A stretch of DNA of 64,000 nt, from NCBI RefSeq assembly GCF_009914755.1, contig NC_060925.1, one strand, 5' to 3'. The position numbers and the translations under genes were made by a program. This DNA comes from the human T2T-CHM13v2.0 reference genome, Homo sapiens. The notes under the pieces were generated by a model that saw only the letters and a program-made list of their open reading frames with translations, did no database searches and was not told where the DNA came from. How positions within the stretch are numbered: position 1 is the first letter of the stretch; every line of letters begins with the position of its first letter. Shown here piece by piece: positions 1 through 13,192 of this stretch.

Positions 1-97
1 ATTATATAAAATATATTGCATCTATATATTAAAATAAATATATTTATAATTATATACTTTATTTATAAATGTATTATAATATGTATAAATTATAATC
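1..97. repeat. AT-rich low-complexity (TA-rich) tract
   Basis: Almost pure A/T with TATA-like repeats. Confidence 0.8.
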
Positions 98-596
98 TAG
101 GTGGGAAATGAGGTGGCTCCGACTGAGGTTGGGAGCAATGAAGAAGTTGAAAGTGCTTAAATTCTACGTATACTTTGGAAGCACAAATAATATACCTATA
201 ATAAAAATATATATTTATATATTTTATAAGAAGACTATATATATATATTTATCAGTCAGAGTAAGCAGACAAAAAGAAACATATATGTGGCAGAGTTCTG
301 ATTCTTATTTTGTATGGGATGAAAGAAGAGGCTGACTGCAGCAGATAGCAGCTTCCATATACGCTCACAACAAATAACAGTATTAATACAGGACTATTTT
401 AAGAAGCAAATCTTCAGAACAGTTTTAGTACAACTTCTGCACTACTCTGGATTATCAAATATACTGGAATCAGAACTTACAAGCGAATTTTTGTTTTCTC
501 ACTGATTTTTAAGACTTCTTTCTTTCATAGCTGTAAGTTTTATATTATCCATGATGCTTTAGTGGTAATATCCCTAACAAAAGTTCAGCAATATAG

Positions 597-934
<338 letters not shown>

Positions 935-1591
935 TACCCTAGCATTCTTGATAAAACTGTTTCTCTTTTCTTAGTTCCCCTCCTTAATTAAACTTCTGTG
1001 ATATTTTCCTTCACCATTAAAGCTAGAGTTTATTTTTCTGTCTCCTTATAATTAGTTCCTTCTGAACATATAAAAGTTAACTACCTTGATAATATTCTTT
1101 TTCCAGTGACTTTTTTCCTGTAATCTGGATCAAATTTATCTCAGTACTACAGCAACTAACATTTACTCCATATTTACAACTAACTCAACCTTGTCCCTCG
1201 GTTCCAATTAACAGTGGAATAATGAAATATATTTTCCAATTTCGACACCTCAGGCATTTGCTCGTAGTTTTAGCAGCTTTGCTGAGATAACTTTAAAACA
1301 GGGATATAATCTTTTATTGTTTGCAAATTTTAACAACATTTTTCAAAATTGTGGCTCTTGACAAAACATTGTAGTGTTTATTTAATACAAATAGGATAGG
1401 GAATAATCTCTTTCAAGGGTAGAGCTAGAATCCAAATAAATTTCAACTTAACAGAAAAACAAAACTGTCCAAAAGTAGAATGAACTGACTCTAGAGATAG
1501 TGAATTTTATAGCCCTGTAGGATGGGTAAAGATCAGTAGGATGACAGCTTGGCATATGGATTGTAGAGGAGAATTAGCTATCCAGGGAAGG

Positions 1592-1880
1592 GCAGTGGAA
1601 CATTATGGTTAAGACCATAAGTAAGAGAAAGAGAGAAAGAAGGTAAGCACTATATTTAAGTCCCAATTAAGACATTTAGTAGCCTTGTGTCCTTGAGCTA
1701 AATACTTAACATCTCTAAGCCTGAAATTTCTCAACTATAAAATGAGGATAGTGACTTTGGTGGACGTTGTGAGGGTTAAATAAAATTCAATGAGAAACTG
1801 TATGTTAAATAATCATAGTGACTACCATATAGTTAGCTCTAACACTCAGTAGATGTTTTTACTACTTTATTATTATTATT
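1592..1880 (+). mobile_element. MIR SINE
   Basis: MIR core: TGTGTCCTTGAGCTAAATACTTAACATCTCTAAGCCTG...CTATAAAATGAGGATA...GTTGTGAGGGTTAAAT. Confidence 0.75.
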
Positions 1881-2374
1881 AGTCAGTTGAATTGTTTGAT
1901 TTTATGGCCTCTACCAATTATGAAAGCCTGTGATTACATAATTCCATTAGAATAGCAATCTCCTCAAAACTGACAATTGTATTTTAAGTTATGGCAAAGA
2001 AAATGCAGTGGTGTTTAACCATTACAAATAAAGTTATAAGGGATGTTATCAGTCTCTGTGATGTGTATAAAGACCCAGCTTTCTTATGTATATGCATATC
2101 TAGATTTAGCTCTACTTATGTGGAGCCTAAATAACTCCCACGGTTCTAAAAATTAATACGTAAAATAAAGGGGAAGGAAAAAACCCTCTTTTTATGATTT
2201 TATCCCTTAGAGTTTATCAAATAAGAAGTAGAAATTTGGAAGTATGGGTTAAATTCTATTTTCCATAGAATAATATGAAAAGACAGACAAGAAATATTAG
2301 TGAAGTTAATGCTCTCTAATTTGCTTCTCTATGGATAAGGCAATACACTAAGAATTTAATAAACCCTATGGTGA

Positions 2375-2505
2375 AGCCTCATAACCACAATCATCCTGTT
2401 TTACAGATGAAGAAACCCATGTTTAGGAAGGTTAAGCAAGCTGTGCAGTGCCAAAATCTTAATATATGAATGGGGTCAAATGAACTCAGTTCTCAGCCTT
2501 TAAAA
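2375..2505 (-). mobile_element. MIR SINE fragment
   Basis: CCTGTTTTACAGATGAAGAAAC...GGTTAAGCAAGCT is the reverse MIR core. Confidence 0.7.
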
Positions 2506-2857
2506 TCTATGCACTCGTTTTTTTCCTTCGTAGTTTTATACAAAAGATTTGTTCTAAATTAGCAGAGTCAGCATTTATAGATAAAAGGCTAATTCAAGGA
2601 GCTGAAGAGTCACAATCTTTTTACTGTTATTTCACAATTTGGAAGTTAGTGCTCTTTCTGACTTCTAGATTGCATTTTCTAGCTAACCCCAAAAACATTG
2701 GAAACAAACAAGGTAATTTAGTGTTGATTTCTTGTAACAGGCCTTACCCTGACAAGACTTATCCCTCCACCACAGCCCCAGTGGCTATAGGATGAAGATG
2801 CTTGAAAGGCACAGGGTTTCCAACTGAAATACAAGCATCTCTTTAAACTATCTTCTT

Positions 2858-3905
2858 CTTTTTTTAACAAACTTTTTATTTTAGAATAATTTTATGGTTA
2901 CAGAAAAGTTGCAAAGATAACACAGAGAGTTCTCATATATCTCACACCCAGTACTTTTTATTATTAACGTCTTATATTACTATGCAGTTGTCATAACTAA
3001 CAAACCAGTAGTAATACATTATTATTAACTAAAGTCCACACTTTATTTAGCTTTCTTCAGTTTTTGCCAAAAGTCCTTTTTCTGTTCCAGAATCCCATTC
3101 AGGATATCACATTACATTTAGTTGTCACATTGCCTTAGACTACTCTAGACTAAGTTTTTCCAACTTTCCTTGTTTCTTATGACCTGGAAAGTTTTGAGGA
3201 ATACTAGCCAAGTGTTTTGTAGATGTTCCTAAACTGGGGTTCGTCTAATGTTTTCTTCATTATTAGACTGAGTGAAGGGTTATGGGGAAGAAGCTTACAC
3301 AGGTAAAGTGTCATTCTCATCACATTACATCATAAGTTCATACTATGAATATGTCTCATCATGTTGATTTGTTGATGTTTAACATGGTCACTTAACTGAA
3401 ATAGTATTTTCAAAGTTTCCCCACTATAAAATTACTATTTTTTTCCTCTTTCCATAATGTACTCTTGGGAAAGTGTATTAATCCATTCTCACACTGCTAT
3501 AAAGACATACCTGAGACTGAGTAATTTATAAAGAAAAGTTTAATTAGCTCATGGTTCCTGTGTACAGGCTTCTGCTTCTGGGGAGGCCTCAGGAAACATA
3601 ATCATGGTGGAAGGTGAAGGAGAAGCGGGCACATTTTCAAATGATGAGCAGGAAAGAGAGGAGGGGGGAGGTGATACATACTTTCAAACAACCAGATCTT
3701 GTGAGAACTCTATTCCAAGACAGCACTAGGAGGATGGTGCTAAACCAGTAGAAACCACCTGTATGATCCAATGACCTCCCACCAGACCCACCTCCAACAC
3801 TGGGAGTTACAATTCAAAATTACATTTGGGTGGGGACACAGAGCCGAACCATATCACAAGGCAATCAGTATGTGTAGCCCATGCTTAAGGGATTCTCCTG
3901 CATGC
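2858..3905 (-). mobile_element. L1MC4-like 3' end, interrupted by an MSTA LTR
   Basis: TTTTAGAATAATTTT...ACAGAAAAGTTGCAAAGATA...AACTAAAGTCCACACTTTATT...CTGTTCCAGAATCCCATTCAGGAT matches the L1MC 3' UTR. It resumes after 3856. Confidence 0.8.
3474..3856 (-). mobile_element. MSTA solo LTR (ERVL-MaLR)
   Basis: TG...CA termini. The reverse complement starts TGATATGGTTCGGCTCTGTGTCCCCACCCAAATG, the MST/THE1 5' end. Confidence 0.9.
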
Positions 3906-5129
3906 TACTGAGTTTTAATACCCAAACTTAATAAAATATATATATAGATATATCTTTCAAGATAGTTTTTTTGGCCCATGGATATACAGAAAAATTTATA
4001 CCCTAAGCTCTTACAACATTTTAAACAAACAAAAAAATGTGCAAAGAAGTCTCAAGTTACATTACAAATGCAATTTGTAGAATGTCATAATTACTTGGAC
4101 ATGCTATGAAAATTGCTAAGTCTCAAAGGTGCCATGCTCACTGAGCTATTCTTTGCCACTGTGCACTTTTCTGTAACACATTTCTATAGTGTCTTTAATG
4201 TTTAGCTCTTGATTTTGCCTGGTCTTGTAAAGACTTCCAAATATTTGGAAAATGATTGAAGAAAATAGTGGTGAATGAAGCAAAATGAACAAAGAAAGCT
4301 GGTATAATAGAAGGAAATGTATCAGCATAAAAACAAATCCTTTGTTAACAACCTTAGTCCTTTTAAGTATTTTACTTTCTAATATGATGATTTATTTACA
4401 TATATAATTTGTTATGGCTTATTACTTTCATATTTTAGAACTTAATTGAGGGATTATAATCGACATAAACATTAGAGTAACAGGAAACATCAAAAAGTAA
4501 AAGGGAAACTGGCTTCATGTTAACATATTTTCAAAGAACATTTGATTTTCAGGAATGGATTACCAAAGTAAGTGGTACATGTATTAAGTATGACGTCAAC
4601 CTCTACTGGTCTTTTAGTAGTGAATGTATAGTCAAAAACTATGGTGAGTATTGAAGAAGTTATCCAATCAGGAGACACTTGTGACCTAGGTCACAAATAC
4701 TGATCGTCCCCTCTGGAGATGCTAATGCTTGAATCTGTGAGGGACAGAGTTCTCCAAATGAATGTTATTTTTAAAGAAAGTTTAGAAAACTTTTGTAATA
4801 ATCTTCAAATTACCTGCCAGGCCAATACTACACTAAGGTCCTAAGAAATATACTTACTCAACCAACTCTTTTCAGCAAAAGGGTATCCACACAGACATTT
4901 AGGAAGTGGGATGATAAAAGATAAACTTCCAAAATTGGACACTAACATTGTTTTAATTCACAACTTTGACTTTTTAGTGGTTTCACATGAACTCAGTATT
5001 TCCAAATAAATTTTATTAGAAAATAACCATTGTATTAGTCTAACATTACATGAACTAGTCTACTGATATGTATAGTTTGTAAAAAATCTGCCACACCTGA
5101 TTTCTGTGTTTTTTTCTCGGACTGCTTTC

Positions 5130-5463
5130 TCAGACTTAAATACTATTTTCCCTCTTTTGGTAGAAAATTCTTCCATCTTTCAACTCTCACCTGAAGCATT
5201 CTTTTTTTCTCTAAAGTTTTCTAATACCCCCTTCCACAATAAGCTCTACTAGTCTATTCACTATATTCCCACTGTGTAAATATTTCATCACTGTACTGAT
5301 AACATAAAGATGTACCTATTTTAAAAGTCTGCTTATATTTTGCTTTATGATATACCTGATTTAAAAAGCAGGGGCTGGGGTCTTATTTATGTCATGGCCT
5401 TAGTGCCCTCTGTACTTTCTGAAACATAGTAAATGCTCAGTACACATTTATTGAATGAATGAA
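5130..5463 (+). mobile_element. L2 LINE 3' end
   Basis: Ends ACATAGTAAATGCTCAGTACACATTTATTGAATGAATGAA, the L2 3' terminus. Confidence 0.7.
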
Positions 5464-5724
5464 ATGTGAAAATAATGCTATTGCACTTTTAACATTTATG
5501 TTTCTTTTGTTCTTTTTTAATTAAAAATTCTACTGAAGTCCCTGTAACTAGTTCGGCAGTGCACGCTTTAGCAATTTTATTCCTTTATAAAATGTATCAC
5601 TGCATAATGTTTTAAAATACAGATTCACATAGAACCAATATCTGAAGAGTATTCTTTAAAATAAAGAATGTAATGACCAAGTTGTTACACTTTGTTTTTA
5701 GTCATTTATGAATTTTATTATCAA

Positions 5725-6700
5725 ACTGAGGAAAACAAAATTTCCCTGGCCCTCCTAGATGATTTCTTTAAACCCTGGAGCAAAAGGATTGATATATGCT
5801 GTGGCATCTGAATCTGGTGTAGATAGATAGTATAGCTGCAAATGTTATTCATAGTCATATAAATACCTAATCCCTGTGAATCGTGCTGAGCTGTTTGCCT
5901 CAATGATTTACTTCACTAGTGAATTACAGATTGATTTTGAGTCATATTAAAGGTATTTCAGTTAAAATGTAGATATGAGTTCCCCCAATATCATCTTATC
6001 CTCATATTTTAGTACTTATTGAAAAGGGATGTCCAAAGAAGATTTTTGCTGAACCACCCATTAATTTTTGTGCCTATTAAATCCGTGTCTTGCTGCTATT
6101 GTATTCCTAAACACATACACAAACTATTTGCTTACTTTTAATTTAACAATTGAACACATTGCCAATTATTTCTTAGTATTTTCTAATAAAGTGCCTAAAA
6201 TAAATACAGCCCAGTATGAGAACACCATTGATTGATGTAATTTCATTTTAATAGTTTTCATATCATTCCACATGCTCAAATTATTACCTAAAAGCGTTCT
6301 ATTGGCCACTTTAAATGCTTGTGCGCATTGAGCAGCGTTCTCATCGAACTCTCCATAACGACTTCTAAATGCTTTCCCTAAGAGGTTCAAGCTAATTCGG
6401 AACCTATTGGTGTGGATGGAAAGTTTAAATTATGTTTCCTAATATGCATTACCCTGCACTTATCAGCACTAAATTTAATCTGTCATCACATTGTCCAATC
6501 ATCCAGTTTAATTAGATCCTTCTGGATTTCCTCATAATCTGCATGTTTTTTCACTAACCTAAATAATTCTTGGTGATCAGCAGAAATGTAACACCTCACT
6601 ATCTACTACATTCTCCGTATCACTAACATAGTTTAACAGCCCTCAGCCTGCTATCAGCATCTTGAGCACCCCGCTGTGAAGTTGCTTCCTCTGGAGAAAT
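5725..6700 (-). mobile_element. Ancient CR1/L3-clade LINE remnant (RT C-terminal half plus 3' UTR)
   Basis: Manual minus-strand translation gives SGV...NYVSDTENVVDSEVLHF, then LFRLVKKHADYEEIQKDLIKLDDWTM**QIKFSADKCRVMHIRKHNLNF (~6566-6419). AAQCAQAFKVANRTLLG...KLHQSMV (ORF 6166-6390) and QGLGIYMTMNNICSY (ORF 5721-5903) follow. These blocks are collinear with CR1 ORF2 motifs. Confidence 0.85.
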
Positions 6701-7029
6701 AGGTACTCTTCATTTCAAACAGCTTAATCCATATTTATCCTTAAGAAAGCATACCCTTCTGATTCTACCAGTTTTATGTGAGCTATCAATATATTTTTAG
6801 GGAATTTCACATTTAAACATATTTCCACAAGTATGTTTTGAAAGCTTAACCAGTTTGGAATAGTATATGAGTGGTGTGTTGGGAGAAGTTGAAGAATTGA
6901 AAGAGTGAATGAATTCTGAGGTTTCTTACCAATGTAAGAATATCATGTGCTTGCAGTACTGAGAGCAAGAAAAGAGGAAGTGAAGATTTACCAAGTACAT
7001 TATAGTAGTTGCTGCCACACATGATTAGC

Positions 7030-7180
7030 ATTGCCATGTGTACTTTATATGTACAAACTCAAATGCTGAGAACAACTTTATCATCACTTGACTACAAATA
7101 AGGAAACTGAAATTCGAAGGAGTCTATTCAAGTGCAGCACAGAGTTAAACCCTTCCCATTGGGTTGGGCAGGCTTCAAAG
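7030..7180 (-). mobile_element. MIR fragment
   Basis: GAACAACTTTATC...TACAAATAAGGAAACTGA is a degenerate reverse MIR core. Confidence 0.45.
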
Positions 7181-7489
7181 TCATTGATCACAGCCATTAA
7201 ATTTATCCCAGACCTTCTCTTATTATATTTAACTCTTTTTGATACATTTTATAGATTACATGGCATACACAAAATTCATGTGGTCAGTCATTTTATGATT
7301 TGCCATGTGGCATTATACAGGATGTTTCTGAATGTTTATTTCTAGAAAGTGTTTGCTTATGGATTTGTATTTTCTATGCTGCATAAATTGTTTCTTCAAA
7401 TGACACCATACTTTTCAAGATGTGGGTCCTTTTAAACTTATGTGGAATATAAACAATACATTTAATAAAAATTACTATTTCTATATTAT

Positions 7490-7970
7490 ACTATCAGTTA
7501 GGACTTCTTTGGTTGGTAGTGAAGGAAAAACAAACTCAAACTGGCTAAAAACAAAAACATTCTTGTTGGTGTACTTAAATCACAAGGAAGGCTTAATGCC
7601 GAGGCTCAAATGAAGTCACTGCAACCCATTTCCCTCCATATTTTGATTCACTTATCCACCATGTTGGTTTTATATCCAAGTGCCACATGACAGCAGAGAC
7701 TGTAAGCAGGTCTAGGCCTGCACTTCCAGGGTTAAACCCAATGGTAGAAAGCTCTTGAGCTTTCTGAACAAAACAGTCTGAGTCTGAACAAAAGATTCAT
7801 TGTAATCTCTTTTCTCTGGTTGGGGCGTGTGTTCAATTCTCAACATTTTCTATGACCAAGGAATAAATAATCTAAGCCATGCCTTAATCACAAATTTGTA
7901 CCTAGTACTGCAGTTGGAATCAACTATTCCAGAAAAACACAGACCAAGGGTAAAAGAGCTGGGTATTACT
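7490..7970 (-). mobile_element. Old MaLR LTR (MLT1J/K/L-like)
   Basis: TATCAGTTAGGACTTCTTTGGTTGGTAGTGAAGGAAAAACAAACTCAAACTGGCTAAAAAC is the reverse of the MLT1 3' end. Confidence 0.6.
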
Positions 7971-8634
7971 TTGTTCTATACAAATATATACCATATCTGG
8001 GGACATATTCCCTTCTACCATGATTGGCCTTAGCATACTCTTGTTCGGTAAGGTGCATAAAAAATAGTATTACTTAATATTTGTTGAATTAATTAAAAAT
8101 TATGCGAGTACATAATGTATGTATAAAGACACATAATTCATGCATAAGTACATCAAACCAAGTTAATATTACAATTTAGCACATTAACCTTTAGTTTCTT
8201 TTCAGTGTTTTTCACCGTCGCTGTTATTATCTTTTTCCCGTGTTGGCTTGAACAAGTTACAGCAGATATACGTAATGATTATTAACAAGGCATATTCTCA
8301 ATAAATTTGCCAGTCATATAGAAGCAAGCGAAATTTAAATATCCAAAAGTCTAGTTAGTTAGGTGATAATTTTACATTACAAATACTTTTAATCTTTGCA
8401 TTATATTTTTGTTTCTTAAACATACTTATTTCAGAAAGTAATTTGCAATTTTAAAAAAGAATGTGATACTCAAATAGATAAACAATAGAGAAAAGTTAGT
8501 ATAATAAAGAGCACAGTTATCAAAGTATAGATAAAATAGTTGAAAAATCTAGGAAAATTTAATGGAATAAAAATTACTTAAAGAAGACAATTGACAAAAG
8601 CTTATATGTTTTTCTTAACTGTAAAAAATATCCT

Positions 8635-8937
<303 letters not shown>

Positions 8938-9029
8938 GGAAAAGATGCTGTCTTAAGTTTTTGTAGTTGTGAAAAACGCATTTCTATGTTACAAGCCAAA
9001 ATAGTATCTATAGCGTGTATTTAATAAAA

Positions 9030-9380
9030 ATAAAACAAATCCAATTAAAACATACCCAGCAGCTAAGAAGTAGATATAATCAGTGCTTTAAACACCCCTC
9101 AGTGGCCCTTGATCCCTGATGCCATGGGTAACCATTAGTCTCAATATTATATTAACAATTCCCTTGATTATCTTTCTGTTGTATGCTAAGATTTTATTGT
9201 TTAGTGGTATATATTTTGAACTTTAAATAAGTGGGGACCATATTTATTTTTCTGTGATTTGGTTCTTTTGTTAAGTTTTTTCTTTTTGAAATTCATCCAT
9301 GTCGACACAATTGCAATTTATAGATTTATATCACTTTAGAGCATTTTAAAAAATTTATATTTTATTTATTTATCCTTTTA
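9030..9380 (-). mobile_element. Old L1M (L1ME-like) 3' fragment
   Basis: TTTTGAACTTTAAATAAGTGG...TTCTGTGATTTGGTTCTTTTG...GAAATTCATCCATGT. Confidence 0.5.
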
Positions 9381-9419
9381 TTCCTAGTTTTTTGTTTTTG
9401 TTTGTTTTGTTTTTTTGGC

Positions 9420-9717
9420 TTTTTTTTTTTTTTTTTTTGACAGAGTCTTGCTCTGTCTCCCAGGCTGGAGTGCAGTGGCACAATCGTGGCTCACTGAAAC
9501 CTCTGCCTTCTGGGTTCAAATGATTCTCCTGCCTCAGCCTCCCGAGTAGCTGGGACTACAGGCACATGCCACCACACTCGGCTAATTTTTGTATTTTTAG
9601 TAGAGACAGGGTTTCACCATGTTGGCAGGCTGGTCCCGAACTCCTGACCTCGGGTGATCCACTCACTTCAGCCTCCCAAAGTGCTAGGATTACAGGTGTG
9701 AGCCACTGCACCCAGGC
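9420..9717 (-). mobile_element. AluS (Sx-like)
   Basis: PolyT plus reverse Alu dimer. TTTGGCTT on both flanks is a probable TSD remnant. Confidence 0.95.
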
Positions 9718-9844
9718 TTTGGCTTATTTTTGAGTGACAGTTTAAAACCTTAAAGATTTTAAATTGCTCGTGGAACAGCTTAAGGTGTGCCACTTGCAAA
9801 AACTGTGATTTGCATGATACTTTCTGGAAAGGTACATCTAATGG

Positions 9845-10510
<666 letters not shown>

Positions 10511-10605
10511 CTACTTTTAAAGTGAATGAGATTTGTTTTCCATTTCCTTTGATTCTCCTCTTTTAGCTTTCATGTTGTACAATTGAATTTTATTTTTTAA
10601 CTTAT

Positions 10606-10650
10606 TCCCTCCCTCCCTCCCTTCCTTCCTTCCTTCTTTCCCTCCTTCCT
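10606..10650 (+). repeat. (CCCT)n/(CCTT)n polypyrimidine microsatellite
   Basis: Direct reading. Confidence 0.9.
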
Positions 10651-10926
10651 CTTTACTCCTGAGAATACAAATTTAACATGTACGCAGTGTGTTCGTTTCC
10701 TCTCCTTTCAATGAAAGAAAGCTTATAATTCTATTTAGCTTTAAAGTTATAACTTAACTAAAAACAAGTTTTTAGCTTTAAAATTATAACTTAACTAAAA
10801 ATATGTTCCTTTCTCTTTACTCCTGAGAATAAAATTTAACATGTATGCAATGTATTCATTTTCTCTCCTTTTCATGGAAGAAAGTTTATAATTCTATTTA
10901 GCTTTAAAATTATAACTTAACTAAAA
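10649..10926 (+). repeat. Local duplication of a ~115-bp unit with an extra internal ~30-bp copy
   Basis: 10649-10763 matches 10813-10926. TTTAGCTTTAAA(A/G)TTATAACTTAACTAAAA occurs three times. Confidence 0.92.
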
Positions 10927-11724
10927 TGTACTTTTATATACATGATATTTTTCTAATGTGCTCAATGTATCCAAGAAAAATATTAATGACCACCTTTCCA
11001 TTTTTTTCTCCTTTCTTGAAAACTAATAAATGATCATCCTTTATTTAACATTTGGGTTGCTACTATTTTCCTTTCTCATACACACAAAAACTAAATTTTC
11101 TGTGCTTTAGAAAATAATTCAGTCTTAGTATAAGAATATGCAGTTGCAGGTTTCCAATAGGAGGGCTTCAGTTGATATTCTGTGCTATCGAGCATGTAGA
11201 AAAAGACTTTTTTTTTTTTTAATTGGTCAACACAACAAACAACCTCACAAATAAGTCTGTTAGATATGACTTTAGGGCAGCTACTAGTACCAGTTTACTT
11301 AACTATTCTTAGCAATAAAACACTGTGAGGGTTAAGAAATCTTGAGAAATTCCTTGAAGCCTTGTCTTTATTCCCAGGTGGATTGTGTTGCTCCTTCGTC
11401 ATCACTTCCTACTCTTCCTTCTGTCTTATCTACCCAGATCCACCTGCTACTGCTATATTTTGCCTGACATGACTAGCCTTATAATGCATTTCCCTAATAA
11501 GTCTAGGAATATTGTAATAAAATGGCATCTTCATGCTTCTTCCTGGTTTCCAAAATCACTTGCAAGAACTTTTGTATCACCAACCTAGACTTTTCTCTCT
11601 GGGCTTTAAACCTTTATCATCTTTATTACATAATTAACACATTTACATACACTAGTTAAAATGAACTTTCATAGATAAATGTTCTGATGTTCACAAACAC
11701 ATAAAGATACACGAAATAATTAAG

Positions 11725-11875
11725 ATTAATTCTATTCCCATTATTCAGGTAGAAAATTTAGTCTCATAGTTGATAAATAGCTAGATTTAGTGTTGCAGTT
11801 TGTAAAACCTGGAGCATGGACTAGAATGTAGTTCTTGAAAAACACCCTGTGTTCTTTCCACTACAGCATTCTGCT
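11725..11875 (-). mobile_element. MIR fragment
   Basis: ATTCCCATTATTCAGGTAGAAAATTTAG...GTGTTCTTTCCACTACAGCATTCTGC. Confidence 0.55.
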
Positions 11876-12019
11876 TTATCCTGTCTATATACATTCAAGG
11901 ATTTTATACTCTCATTTAGAGCAGAGATTGTTTAGCTTTTTGCTTGCTAATTACCATGTCTGTCATTGACTACCTTAAATCAATTTACATAATTGTTCAT
12001 GTCCTAATCATATGTCTAC

Positions 12020-12272
12020 CATAAAATTTAATCATTCCTTTATTATTAAGTATAAGGTAATATCCCATTTTTTGTTCCCACAAATAACAGTCATGATAGT
12101 CTTTGTACATAAATCTTTGCTCACATCACCTTAGGAAAAATTATGTTAGAGGGAATTGCTGGGTTAAAGAGTATGAACATTTTAAGGTTTTTGAAACATA
12201 ATGCCAAATTGCTTTCCAGAAAGGTTGTATCAATTTATGTTTCTGTCAGTAGTTAATGAGAATTGCTGTTTT
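12020..12272 (-). mobile_element. L1ME-like fragment
   Basis: GGAATTGCTGGGTTAAAGAGTATGAACATTTTAAGG...GCCAAATTGCTTTCCAGAAAGGTTGTATCAATTTA. Confidence 0.75.
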
Positions 12273-12861
12273 AATTTGCTTTGGGGTGGGGTTGGAACTA
12301 GGGATTAATAGTATCACATTTTTACAGCACTTGGGAGGAAATTTTTCTTCCTTCTCTCTATGTTACTCTCATGACTACAAGATTTTTTTTATGATAAAGG
12401 AAGTATTGAATCCATTGCTTATAACTCAGAACCACTAAGAGCTTTTCTGAGTCTCTCATCGATTAGCTGAAAGAGAAAAGATAGGATAAAAGGAAAAATA
12501 CCAGACTAGATATAGAGGTGTACCTAAAAATGAGATTTTTAGGGTGCTGAATGTTATTTCAAGCCTTTCTCCCATTTTGTCATGAGACTTCTTTTTACTA
12601 AACAAAATGTATGTGAGAGATTCCATCAAAGTAGATTGCGCACTTGCAGAGACTGAAGCTGGGTCCACAATGCCCACCACCCCTGAGTTGGCTTTCTGCA
12701 TCAACAGTGCAGGAAGTACAGGGCACATCAAAAGAGCAGTCAGCTAAAAATATAACCCCCATTCAGCTAATATCATACACACCATGGTAGTTTAGCTTAA
12801 AACGCTGTTTCTAGAAGCTCTTATTTATTTTAATACACCTAGGATGACTCTCCCAATAAGC

Positions 12862-13192
12862 TCGTGTTTCTGAAAGTGTTGTCTAAGGCCAACTAGCATT
12901 CTAATCAATAGGGTGTTTGTTTGGTTGCAAATTCCTGGACACTACTGGGGATTTATTGAATTAGAATCTCTGGGTGTGAAGCTCAAAAACTGAATTTTAA
13001 TAAGCTCTGCTGCTTAGACTTTAATGTACATGCAAATCCCCTGGATATCTTGTTAAATGTAGATTATGATGGAATATATCTGGGTTGAAGCCAGAGATTC
13101 AGCATTTCTAAAAGGCTCCCAAATGAGGCCAATATCCCTGGGTCATGGGCTCCACTTTGAATAGCAAAGCACAGGAGTTTGAGAATCACAGC
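12862..13192. mobile_element. MER5 hAT-Charlie MITEs (MER5A1-like ~13006-13169 nested in or next to a MER5B-like copy)
   Basis: Two MER5 cores (GCAAATTCCTGG...GAATTAGAATCTCTGGG and ATCTTGTTAAATGTAGATT...CATTTCTAAAAGGCTCCC...CACTTTGAATAGCAAAG), followed by GTTTGAGAATCACAG. Confidence 0.7.

Noticed and set aside
1470-1575. Possible L3/MIR3 3'-end fragment
   Set aside because: Resemblance too weak to support without an HMM search.
3760-3780. DUX4 site in the MSTA LTR
   Set aside because: It reads TGATCCAATGA, not TAAYYYAATCA.
6166-6390. 74-aa ORF as a domesticated protein
   Set aside because: It is a chimera of frames within the CR1 remnant. Adjacent RT frames carry in-frame stops, and the ORF starts at TTG rather than ATG.
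10649-10926. Triple ~30-bp repeat as a CRISPR-like array
   Set aside because: The spacers are unequal and partly duplicated, and the context is eukaryotic. A local duplication explains it.
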